Positions 1 through 8,367 are shown, numbered from the stretch's first letter. The stretch is 10,143 bases of DNA from Promethearchaeota archaeon (GCA_019057865.1 JAHLWP010000073.1:1-10143); one strand, 5' to 3'. Numbers and translations are program-made. The notes: a model not told the origin generated them from the sequence alone.

Positions 1-930
1 AAATTAACTAAAATTTATGGTAGAGGAGAACAAAGTGTAAAAGCCGTGAATAAGATTGATATTTCAGTGGAGCCAGGAGTTCACGGATTTTTAGGTCCAA
101 ACGGTGCTGGAAAAACTTCAACAATCAACATGTTGATAGGAGCAATTTCAATTACAGAAGGAAAAGCAAAAATAAGAGGTGAAAATGCAGGTTCTATAAG
201 AGCGCGCCGAATAATAGGTTTTTTACCTCAAGATCCTGCTTTTTACAATAACATGACTGGAGAACAATACTTGATATATATAGGGGAATTAAGTGGTTTG
301 AGAAGAAATGATGCAAAAGAAAAAACTCTTGAACTAATAAAAAAATTAGAGTTATTAGAGGCTCGAGATAGACAAATTGGAAAATATTCAGAGGGAATGA
401 AACAGAGGATTGGCATTGCTGCCGCTCTTTTACACGAACCTGAAATATTAATATTGGATGAACCAACATCGAATTTAGATCCTATCGGAAGGTCTAATAT
501 TATAAAAGACATTAAAGAGTTATCAAAAGATGTTAGTGTGTTTGTTTCAAGTCACATTTTATCTGAAATAGAACAAATGTGCGAAAAAGTCACGATGATT
601 AACAAAGGAAAAATAGTTCTTGCAGACACCATCAAAAATATCAAAAAAATGCATTCAATCAAAGCTGGTCGCAATATCATTATTTTAGATACAAGTTCAA
701 ATGAAAAAATTATTCCACAATTAAAGGAAAAAGATTATATAGGAAATGTCTGGATTGATAAGCAAGATAATAAAATACATATCTTATCAAAAGATATTGA
801 AATGCTTCAGAGAGCCATTCCTAAAATAATAATCGAAAATGATGTAATTTTAAGAGAGTTTCATCAACCCGAAACTTCTTTACAGGATATTTTTATAGAA
901 ATAATGGAAGATGAGGTGAAGAATGAATGA
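1..930 (+). CDS. ABC transporter ATP-binding protein (ABC-2/DrrA-like exporter), 5'-partial
   Basis: Walker A GPNGAGKT, Q-loop LPQ, signature-like YSEGMKQR, Walker B ILILDEP, H-loop SSH, and C-terminal SLQDIF tail. Frame 1 is open from base 1 (KLTKIYGRGEQSVKAVNKID, a typical ABC ATPase N-terminus), so the true start lies left of the window and GTG 46 is internal. Confidence 0.95.
   Translation, partial: KLTKIYGRGEQSVKAVNKIDISVEPGVHGFLGPNGAGKTSTINMLIGAISITEGKAKIRGENAGSIRARRIIGFLPQDPAFYNNMTGEQYLIYIGELSGLRRNDAKEKTLELIKKLELLEARDRQIGKYSEGMKQRIGIAAALLHEPEILILDEPTSNLDPIGRSNIIKDIKELSKDVSVFVSSHILSEIEQMCEKVTMINKGKIVLADTIKNIKKMHSIKAGRNIIILDTSSNEKIIPQLKEKDYIGNVWIDKQDNKIHILSKDIEMLQRAIPKIIIENDVILREFHQPETSLQDIFIEIMEDEVKNE
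913..919 (+). promoter_or_regulatory. Shine-Dalgarno site (GAGGTGA) for the permease
   Basis: GAGGTGA lies 7 nt before ATG 927. That ATG overlaps the ATPase stop (ATGA), consistent with translational coupling. Confidence 0.75.
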
Positions 931-1877
931 ATGCTACTGAATCCAATCCAATTGACGAAAATCTTAAAGAAGGAAAACCTCTTCCAGGAATAAGCTCAAT
1001 ACCTTCTATTGCAGTGATCAAGAAAACGTTTATTTTTGATTTATGTACGATAAAAAGACTTATCCTCACGACTTTTTTCATGGTATTAGTTCCAGCATTA
1101 ATATTTGCTTTTATGCCCACACCGTCTGGAAAAAAATCAGTAATAGAGATTGCAGGATTAGGATTTGTTACATGGTATTACAATTTTGCCATAATGTTTC
1201 CAATCATAATTATTGGCTCTACGGGACCCTTAATTTCTGAAGAATTAAGAACAGGAACGATGTTATTTCTGGTAAGCAAACCAATTAATCGAACAAAAAT
1301 AGTATTAAGTAAGTTTGTTGCTCTTTATCTATTTGGAATAATAGTAAGTGTTGTGAGCTTATCTATAGTTTGTATAATTGCAGCAATTAAATATCCATTT
1401 GTTGATATTGCTTCTTACTTAGGGATGAATTTTCTCTATTCATTGATTATAATATTCTTTTTTGGAGGAATAACCATGGGTTTTTCATCAATATTTGAAA
1501 GACCAAGAAATGTTTTACTCTTCCCGCTTGCTTTAGTAATTTTTTCATTTCTAGTTTTTATGATGTTCAAACCAATGTTAATAGGATTTGGTTTTGGTGT
1601 AAATAGATATGAAAAATACTTATTATACAATTTCGACATAGGATATCATTTTGCAAATGTATTCATGTGGATCGGCGAATCTTTTGTCCCTGAAATTTGG
1701 GATTATTTGGGGGCTATGTTTTCAGCGTTTGGCATTACAAAATACGTTGATAATGGAAATGGGTATGTTATAACCCATTATTATCATCCTGTAGCTTCAC
1801 TACTCTATTTAATCATTATTGCAGGAATCTTTTTAATCATTGGAACACTTGTTTTGAAAAAACGAGATCTTTCCTGA
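927..1877 (+). CDS. ABC-2 type transporter permease
   Basis: About 6 hydrophobic TM segments, family motif ISEELRTGTMLFLVSKPINRTKIVLSKF, C-terminal KKRDL, and coupling to the upstream ATPase. Confidence 0.92.
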   Translation: MNATESNPIDENLKEGKPLPGISSIPSIAVIKKTFIFDLCTIKRLILTTFFMVLVPALIFAFMPTPSGKKSVIEIAGLGFVTWYYNFAIMFPIIIIGSTGPLISEELRTGTMLFLVSKPINRTKIVLSKFVALYLFGIIVSVVSLSIVCIIAAIKYPFVDIASYLGMNFLYSLIIIFFFGGITMGFSSIFERPRNVLLFPLALVIFSFLVFMMFKPMLIGFGFGVNRYEKYLLYNFDIGYHFANVFMWIGESFVPEIWDYLGAMFSAFGITKYVDNGNGYVITHYYHPVASLLYLIIIAGIFLIIGTLVLKKRDLS

Positions 1878-2099
1878 TATCATTTAAAATTAAATATTTA
1901 TTTTTTTCCTATTTGTTAAGATAAATGATTTTCGTATAATTATACAAAGATACAAAGGGATTTTCGTGATATGGTATATAGATTTCGTGTCACGATATTT
2001 TGGGGGGATTTGGGATTATATGAGAAGTTTTTAAATCTGGATCTTAAGATCTTGTTATAGGTATTTTTTTATGGATTCAACAGACTAAGATGGGAAATT

Positions 2100-2146
2100 A
2101 TGGGGAGGAAGAAGAAATTTGGCGAGGAGTCTGATTTTGTAAGCGT
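2100..2146 (+). pseudogene. Possible 5' fragment of a small basic DNA-binding (CopG/RHH-like) gene
   Basis: ATG 2100 gives MGRKKKFGEESDFVSV, with purine-rich, coding-like composition. The frame then runs into the repeat and the antisense of the DUF849 fragment and stops at TGA 2271-2273. Confidence 0.3.
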
Positions 2147-2192
2147 TTTTACTACATCATTAATTAAACATTTTACTACATCATTAATTAAA
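2147..2192. repeat. Perfect 22-bp direct repeat TTTTACTACATCATTAATTAAA, period 24 bp
   Basis: Copies at 2147-2168 and 2171-2192, separated by CA. Confidence 0.95.
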
Positions 2193-2398
2193 TCATCAGT
2201 TGTCTGTGGCCAATTTTTTACTTCTGGATATATCCAGGAATATGCAGTAGTCGCAGTAATAATCATTTTTTGATGTTTATTCATAATAATTTCCCACAAT
2301 TGTTCAATAATTATTAATTTCTAATGGTGTCTTGAAATATTTATACTTTTATTTAAATTTATAATCAATATTTAAAAGAAGGTTAAATCAAAGAAATT

Positions 2399-4324
2399 CT
2401 ATGTTTTTTTTATAATATTAACTGTATGAATTCCACCTTTTTCTACTTTAATATATATTAGTTGTTCCCCTTCCCTTTTTATTATTTTTCCTTCAGATAC
2501 TTTAATTTCATAACCATATGGGTATTGAATTTTCGGTACATAAATTATCGTAGGTGCTTTTATAGAAGAATATGCATCAAATTCGAAATTAAACAATTTT
2601 TCTTTGAAATTAAATTCCATCTTTACTGGAGTTCCAGCACAATATATAAAACGAGGGCGACAAAATCCTTCAATTGCTCTTCCACCACTGTTAATATCAT
2701 GTGGTTCTAACTGTTGATCTCTACTAAAAATTGAAAGATCCTCCAAATTCCATAGATCCCCCCATTCATTATTGTTATCGGCAGTATAATTCCACTGAGT
2801 TGCGTTTAATAAATTTGCATCTAGAGCATTATAATACATAGTTAATAGTTTTATATGTTTTTCCCAAGCATCATCGGGATTAGTTTTAAACGTTTGAAAT
2901 GCTTCTTTTTTATTAAGATCATATGGCAATCCAAATTCCCCTATTAAAGTGGGAATTCCTCCATGATTAGACTCCGCAATGCTTTTTATGTTATTTAATT
3001 GATTAATGAACATTGTTTGAACATTGTTTTTCCCCATAACAATTTTATTAGTTAATATATCATAATTAGCCTTTATCATTGATCGCTTAGTACCTAGTGT
3101 AACGCCATCATACCAATGTCCTGCGTGTATTACATTTTCAGGAGCATTGAAAGTTAATTTTTCACCTTTAAGAATTCTTATCGGGTGTGATTCAAAAAAG
3201 ATAATAGTATCTGGAATTACTTCTCTAACAGATTCGCTATAACTATTAATAAAGGGGGAAAGATAATCTCTATAAAAATCTAACTTTTTACCATTTTTCA
3301 CTATAAAATGATCATTATTTAGAATTACTGGTTCTCCATTTTTATCTAATCCCCAAATACTTTCTTTTTTCCAAATATCATCTGCGCCTTCGAGCCAACA
3401 TGAAACATTTTGTTTATTTATTTCATCTCTTCTGGTCTCTTTAATACTCAATCGTTTTATTTCTTTATATCCAACTACTCTTGTATAACCAGAACCAGTT
3501 AACATCGCATCAATAGGTGTAAATGTATATCCTAATTCTTCAGTAAGTTTTTCAGCACCAACTCCATCTACTTTTTTTTCAATCCAGCCTTGCTCAGGTT
3601 CGTTTAAAGTGTCGAAACCAATTACATAGGGATTATCTTTTACTTTTAGAGCAATTTGTTTTATAGCATCAATATAATGTTCCTGTAAATAGTCTTGGGC
3701 ATTTGCTCCATCAATTTTACAAGAAGGAGCAAAATCATTTCCACCAAAAAATAAGGTCCACATAGTTCCATTTGCAAATCTAATCGCATTACTAGACCAT
3801 TGCATTGGAGGATATGCATCAGAATTGTTAGGGTCATATCTGTATTGCATAACCAACGCAGCATCAGAACCATCAAACTTTGTAAAATCTAATCCAACCT
3901 TTTCAAATGTCCATCCTGGAGCCCCATCTCCTCCTGACACCCTACTCCACACATCTTGATGAGGATCTATAAATGTATAGAATTTATGACTTTCAATGAT
4001 TTTTAATATCTCTTCTATATAATCTAAATATTCCTTATCATATTGTTTCGGACCCTCATGTTCAATTGCTTCCCAAGTTACTAAAAATCTAAGACAATTA
4101 AAGCCCCAATGTTTTAATCGCGATAAATGTTCATCTGCTTCTTTTATTGGAAAAGGTCTACCTACAAATGAGACCTCTCTATGATTACTAAAATCAGTTT
4201 TAATATGTGTTGCTCCATTGGGAGTAAAAGGAACTTTTGAACTCCCCCCTAAATTAACCCCTCTTAATAATACTGTTCTTCCCTTTTCATCAATAAACCA
4301 TTCGTTCTTGGTTTTTAGCATCAT
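2399..4324 (-). CDS. Glycoside hydrolase family 5, endoglycoceramidase-related (GH5_12-like glucosylceramidase / steryl-beta-glucosidase)
   Basis: Motifs LLRGVNLGGSSKVP, SFVGRPFP, WGFNCLRFLVTWEAIEH, DPHQDVWSR and GGDGAPGWT. Catalytic acid/base in LNEP (E242) and nucleophile in IGEFG (E463). WNYTADN..WGDLWNLEDLSIFS and GGRA follow, then a C-terminal beta-sandwich. No signal peptide. Confidence 0.9.
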   Translation of the reverse strand: MMLKTKNEWFIDEKGRTVLLRGVNLGGSSKVPFTPNGATHIKTDFSNHREVSFVGRPFPIKEADEHLSRLKHWGFNCLRFLVTWEAIEHEGPKQYDKEYLDYIEEILKIIESHKFYTFIDPHQDVWSRVSGGDGAPGWTFEKVGLDFTKFDGSDAALVMQYRYDPNNSDAYPPMQWSSNAIRFANGTMWTLFFGGNDFAPSCKIDGANAQDYLQEHYIDAIKQIALKVKDNPYVIGFDTLNEPEQGWIEKKVDGVGAEKLTEELGYTFTPIDAMLTGSGYTRVVGYKEIKRLSIKETRRDEINKQNVSCWLEGADDIWKKESIWGLDKNGEPVILNNDHFIVKNGKKLDFYRDYLSPFINSYSESVREVIPDTIIFFESHPIRILKGEKLTFNAPENVIHAGHWYDGVTLGTKRSMIKANYDILTNKIVMGKNNVQTMFINQLNNIKSIAESNHGGIPTLIGEFGLPYDLNKKEAFQTFKTNPDDAWEKHIKLLTMYYNALDANLLNATQWNYTADNNNEWGDLWNLEDLSIFSRDQQLEPHDINSGGRAIEGFCRPRFIYCAGTPVKMEFNFKEKLFNFEFDAYSSIKAPTIIYVPKIQYPYGYEIKVSEGKIIKREGEQLIYIKVEKGGIHTVNIIKKT

Positions 4325-4428
4325 TTTTTACACAAATGAGATAATTTTTATAATAATTAGTCCTTCTAATTAATTTTAATAATAATTCTTATTTTTTATG
4401 TTTAAAGGATTTAATTTTAAAGAAAAGT
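4325..4428. promoter_or_regulatory. Divergent promoter region with TATA-like boxes and a central inverted repeat
   Basis: TTATAAAAA on the - strand (4353-4345) before the GH5 start, TTTAAA at 4401 before the GH20 start, and TAATTAG-N5-CTAATTA at 4354-4372. Confidence 0.5.
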
Positions 4429-6033
4429 ATGAAAACTACTCATACAGTTAAAATAATACCTGAGCCGGTTTCAATAACAGAAACCTCTGGAAATTTTACT
4501 TTAACTGAAAACACAATTATAAACGTTAATCCAGTTTTAAGAAATATTGGAGAGTATTTAATATTATTATTACTTCCCGCAACAGGATTTGTATTAAAAA
4601 TAAAGGATATTACTCAACAAGCTCAGAATAACAACTCAATCTCTCTTAAATTAATCGAAGATGAAGCTAAATTAGATTCTGAAGGATATATTCTTGAAAT
4701 TAATCCGGAAGAAGTAATTATCTCAGGCTTAACGCCTACTGGAGTATTTTATGGTATTCAGACCCTTAGACAAATTTTACCTCCAGAAATTGAAAGTAAT
4801 AATTATATTGAGAACTTAAATTGGGAAATTCCTTGTTTAAAAATTATTGATTACCCTCGATTCTCTTGGCGTGGTTATATGCTTGATGAAGCAAGACATT
4901 TTCATGGAAAAGAGGTTGTTAAACGATTATTTAACTTAATGGCATTACTTAAGCTAAATATTTTTCACTGGCACTTAACAGATGACCAAGGCTGGCGAAT
5001 AGAAATAAAAAAATATCCTCGCCTAATTGAGGTTGGATCAAAAAGAGAAGAAACACAAGTTGGTGGTTTATTTAGTAAAAAAACAGATGGAATTCCTCAT
5101 TCAGGCTATTATTCACAGGAAGATATACAAGAGATTGTTGATTACGCAAAAGAACGATTTATTACAATCATTCCAGAAATAGATATACCTGGACATACAC
5201 GAGCATTATTAGCCTCTTATCCTGATTTAAGTTGTAAGGGGTATCCTTTTAAAGTATCTTCGCATTGGGGTATTCATAAAGATGTTTTATGTGTAGGAAA
5301 AGAAAGTGTTTTTGAATTTATACAAGACCTTTTGAATGAAATAATGGATCTTTTTCCTTCTGATATAATACACATTGGAGGGGATGAAGTACGTAAAATA
5401 AGATGGAAAGAGTGCCCAGATTGCCAAAAAAGATTAAAAGAAGAAGGATTTGAGAATGAGAAAGACTTACAGATTTACTTTACTAATAGAATTTCAAGTT
5501 ATTTAGCTTCTCATGGATACAGATCTATAGGTTGGAATGATGTTCTTGATGATAATCTAAAAGAAAATATTATTTGCCAATATTGGCTTCGTGGAAAAAA
5601 GAAAGTATATGATCATATTAGAAAAGGTAGAGATACAGTTATGTCGAATTTTAAATATACATACTTGGATCATTCATATTCTTTTACACCATTAAAATTA
5701 GCCTATAAATTTGAACCTATTCCTAAAAAGTTGGGTAAAGAATATCATCACCAAATTCTTGGAATAGAAGCACTAATATGGAGTGAATTTATACCAAATT
5801 TAAAGCGTTTAGAATGGCAAACTTTCCCTCGCCTTATTGCTTTTGCCGAAACAGGATGGACACCTAAAAATAATAAAATTTTTAATTTATTTCTCTCAAG
5901 ACTTACTTCCTTTCTTAAAAGAATGGATATAATTGGAGTTAATTACGCTCGTCCGAATGAAGTAAAACCACACCTCCTTAAAAGGCTTTTTGGAGTTTTT
6001 ACTCTTCTCAAAGAAGGAAAAGGAGGAGAATAA
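4429..6033 (+). CDS. Beta-N-acetylhexosaminidase, GH20
   Basis: N-terminal GH20b domain (IIPEP...EGYILEI...GVFYGIQTLRQ), DYPRFSWRGYMLDEARHF, FHWHLTDDQGWRIEI, IIPEIDIPGH, catalytic HIGGDE (D319/E320), YLD, WSE and FPRLIAFAE. No signal peptide. Confidence 0.95.
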   Translation: MKTTHTVKIIPEPVSITETSGNFTLTENTIINVNPVLRNIGEYLILLLLPATGFVLKIKDITQQAQNNNSISLKLIEDEAKLDSEGYILEINPEEVIISGLTPTGVFYGIQTLRQILPPEIESNNYIENLNWEIPCLKIIDYPRFSWRGYMLDEARHFHGKEVVKRLFNLMALLKLNIFHWHLTDDQGWRIEIKKYPRLIEVGSKREETQVGGLFSKKTDGIPHSGYYSQEDIQEIVDYAKERFITIIPEIDIPGHTRALLASYPDLSCKGYPFKVSSHWGIHKDVLCVGKESVFEFIQDLLNEIMDLFPSDIIHIGGDEVRKIRWKECPDCQKRLKEEGFENEKDLQIYFTNRISSYLASHGYRSIGWNDVLDDNLKENIICQYWLRGKKKVYDHIRKGRDTVMSNFKYTYLDHSYSFTPLKLAYKFEPIPKKLGKEYHHQILGIEALIWSEFIPNLKRLEWQTFPRLIAFAETGWTPKNNKIFNLFLSRLTSFLKRMDIIGVNYARPNEVKPHLLKRLFGVFTLLKEGKGGE

Positions 6034-6071
6034 ATAATATTAATTTCAATTTTTTTTAATCGGCTAAATAA

Positions 6072-6090
6072 AATCTATTGAAAATAGATT
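6072..6090. terminator. Hairpin between convergent genes, next to a T-tract; possible terminator element
   Basis: AATCTATT-GAA-AATAGATT, preceded by a T8 run at 6050-6057. Confidence 0.35.
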
Positions 6091-6103
6091 ATATTTCCAA
6101 GAT

Positions 6104-7291
6104 TCAAACATATTCAATTGTTGCTGGAGGTTTTGGAGTAACATCAAAAAAAACAGCGTTAGTTTTAGAGATGTTAAGGATTTCTTGTGTTATATTATTT
6201 AATAAGTCTATTGGTAAATGAGTAACACTTGCTGTTCTCGCATCTATACTATTAATTGATCTTATAACTACATCATATTGCCCTTCTGGGTTACTACCTA
6301 ATTTATACAAAACTCTTGCATATCCTTTTATTTTGGATGCTTTTTTTGTAAGTTTCTTAAAATCCCACTTCCCACTATCACTTAGTGGAATTTCATATAT
6401 CCTTTTTCCATCAACTAGGCCAGTCACCTTTTTGTTAAGAATATCTTCACTTATAGCAGCAAAAACTTGGAATGGTTCTTGTTCACCATTTTGATTTATA
6501 ACCATCGTTTTCCCATATTTCTCCTTGTAAAAATCTTCTACTGATGATTCTACAAGATCATGTACTTTTTTCTCAAAATTCAGGTTGTCATAAGTAACTG
6601 GACCAATTATTCTCGCAGCTAAAGCAGGTCCTGGAAAGGCTTTCCTATATACTAATTCCTGTGGCATATTAAAGTATTCAAGTACTTTACGTACCTCATT
6701 CTTAGTAAGGCTTGCTACTGGTTGAATTGTTGCTTTAACATCATATTCAATTTCAACATTATGTTGACTTTTTACGAATCCCTGTTTATGTTTTTTTTTT
6801 AACAATAGCTCTTCTTCAATTGTCATTGATTCTTTTAGATCAGTAATTTTAACTCCAAAACTTTCTTCTATATCAGGAAGAATTGTTCCATCCGCAAGTA
6901 AATCACATGCCTCTTCTCTTATCACTGTGCTAATTGTCTCTGAGTAAGCATCTTTAAAAAGATGCCTTTTTTTCTCAGCATCACCTTCACCTAGGATTTT
7001 AGGAAGAAATTGCTCTCTAATGTCTAAAATCATAATATCAGGAAATAATTTTTTTATATATTCACGTTCTTCTACTTCTCTTATAATCCTCATAAGCCCA
7101 TGGTCAATAAAAACGGGAATCGTATTGATATTCGCTTTTTTTAACAATAGATATGTTAATGAGCTATCAATACCACCTGAAAGAGCACAAAATACTTTCT
7201 TATCCCTAGCATACTTGTGTAAAAATTGTACTGCGGCCTTTACAAATTTTTCGGGTTCCCTAGGAGGATCAATTAATCTATAATTTAACAT
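6104..7291 (-). CDS. guaAB: GMP synthase subunit B (ATP pyrophosphatase + dimerisation domain), divergent
   Basis: PP-loop ALSGGIDSS, FIDHGLMR, DAEKKR, GTILPDIEES, KSQHNV, KNEVR, FPGPALAARI and C-terminal DVTPKPPATIEYV. There is no glutaminase domain, as in split archaeal GMP synthases. Confidence 0.88.
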   Translation of the reverse strand: MLNYRLIDPPREPEKFVKAAVQFLHKYARDKKVFCALSGGIDSSLTYLLLKKANINTIPVFIDHGLMRIIREVEEREYIKKLFPDIMILDIREQFLPKILGEGDAEKKRHLFKDAYSETISTVIREEACDLLADGTILPDIEESFGVKITDLKESMTIEEELLLKKKHKQGFVKSQHNVEIEYDVKATIQPVASLTKNEVRKVLEYFNMPQELVYRKAFPGPALAARIIGPVTYDNLNFEKKVHDLVESSVEDFYKEKYGKTMVINQNGEQEPFQVFAAISEDILNKKVTGLVDGKRIYEIPLSDSGKWDFKKLTKKASKIKGYARVLYKLGSNPEGQYDVVIRSINSIDARTASVTHLPIDLLNNITQEILNISKTNAVFFDVTPKPPATIEYV

Positions 7292-7509
7292 AGAAAATAA
7301 TAATCTCCATTATCAATTAAGTACAGTTATTAAACTATTATGATTTTAAGTTCGGATCTTTTTATGTTAACTTTAATAAGCAAAAATATAACAAATTTAT
7401 TGTTTATAAAGAAAATATTTAAGTTGGTATTCAATTATTAACCATCTTAGAACCTACAGGGATTTTTAAGGCAAAAATATAATTCTTTAAAATTATAAAG
7501 TGATAAAAT

Positions 7510-8367
7510 ATGAGTATTGTTCGAAAAGTTAAATTAACATTAAAAAGTAGGCCTACAATGGAAGGTGCCGGAGTTCGTTTAAAACGTGCTTTTGGTTATG
7601 CTGATTCTTCATTAGATCCTTTTTTACTTTTAGATGATTTTCACTCAGATAATCCTAATGATTATATGGCAGGGTTTCCTTGGCATCCTCATCGGGGTAT
7701 TGAAACTATAACATATATGCTTCATGGTAATGTTGAGCATGGAGACAGCTTAGGAAATGGGGGTGTGATTGAATCTGGGGATGTCCAATGGATGACTGCA
7801 GGTAGTGGCATAGTTCATCAAGAAATGCCTAAAAAAAGTAAAAAATCTCTACTTTGGGGATTTCAGTTATGGGCAAATCTTCCTGCATCTCACAAAATGA
7901 TGAATCCTCGTTATCGAGATATTAAAATGGATGAGATCCCTGAAATATCCGTCAATGATGATACTGTAAAAATTAAAATCATTAGTGGTGAAGTCAATGG
8001 TGTAAAAGGACCTGTTCAAGACATTATTACGGAACCTGAATATCTAGATGTCACTATAAATCCCCAATCTGAGTTTTCACATCCAGTAAAAAGAGGACAT
8101 AATGTCTTTGCCTATATTATAGAAGGGAAAGGTTTTTTTGATCAAGATCGAGATAAATCAGCAGGTGTAGAAAATCTTGTAATTTTTAAAGATGGGGATG
8201 AGGTAAATATCAGTACTGAAGATGAGAAAGTTCGATTTCTCCTAATCTCTGGAAAGCCAATTGGAGAACCAGTAGCTTGGCGTGGACCAATTGTTATGAA
8301 TACTGAAGAAGAATTAAGGATTGCTTTTGAAGAATATCAAAATAGTACCTTTATAAAACACAATTAA
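7510..8367 (+). CDS. Pirin family protein (bicupin, YhhW-like)
   Basis: EGAGVRLKR, LDPFLLLD, GFPWHPHRGIETITY, HGDSLGN, VQWMTAGSGIVHQE, QLWANLP and GEPVAWRGPIVMNT. Confidence 0.95.
   Translation: MSIVRKVKLTLKSRPTMEGAGVRLKRAFGYADSSLDPFLLLDDFHSDNPNDYMAGFPWHPHRGIETITYMLHGNVEHGDSLGNGGVIESGDVQWMTAGSGIVHQEMPKKSKKSLLWGFQLWANLPASHKMMNPRYRDIKMDEIPEISVNDDTVKIKIISGEVNGVKGPVQDIITEPEYLDVTINPQSEFSHPVKRGHNVFAYIIEGKGFFDQDRDKSAGVENLVIFKDGDEVNISTEDEKVRFLLISGKPIGEPVAWRGPIVMNTEEELRIAFEEYQNSTFIKHN

Larger units (their letters stand above)
2069..2284 (-). pseudogene. 5' fragment of a 3-keto-5-aminohexanoate cleavage enzyme family (DUF849/BKACE) gene, truncated after about 39 codons
   Basis: ATG 2284 gives MNKHQKMIITATTAYSWIYPEVKNWPQTTDDLINDVVKC. 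This matches the DUF849 N-terminal pattern (K-IITAA....P-TPEEI...AV-C-EAGA-I-H-H), but the expected AGA..HxH part is replaced by a repeated LINDVVK and unrelated sequence. Recognised by eye only. Confidence 0.6.

Noticed and set aside
46-48. GTG 46 as the true start of the ABC ATPase
   Set aside because: The frame is open to the window edge and encodes the conserved LTKxYG segment upstream.
194-1639. Short alternative ORFs (194-469, 243-512, 893-1120, 1043-1240, 1436-1639)
   Set aside because: Shadow frames overlapping well-supported ABC genes, with no recognisable motifs.
1921-2100. Archaeal replication origin (ORB elements)
   Set aside because: G-runs are present, but there is no TTCCA-N-GGAAA ORB consensus and no adjacent cdc6/orc1.
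2147-2192. CRISPR mini-array
   Set aside because: Only two copies separated by 2 bp, with no spacer-length sequence and no cas genes.
6791-6800. T10 homopolymer as a phase-variation tract in GMP synthase
   Set aside because: It encodes a Lys run in frame, and such runs are expected in an AT-rich genome. No evidence of slippage.
2462-7283. Short ORFs 2462-2710, 3661-3876 and 7020-7283
   Set aside because: Antisense or out-of-frame shadows within the GH5 and GMP synthase genes.
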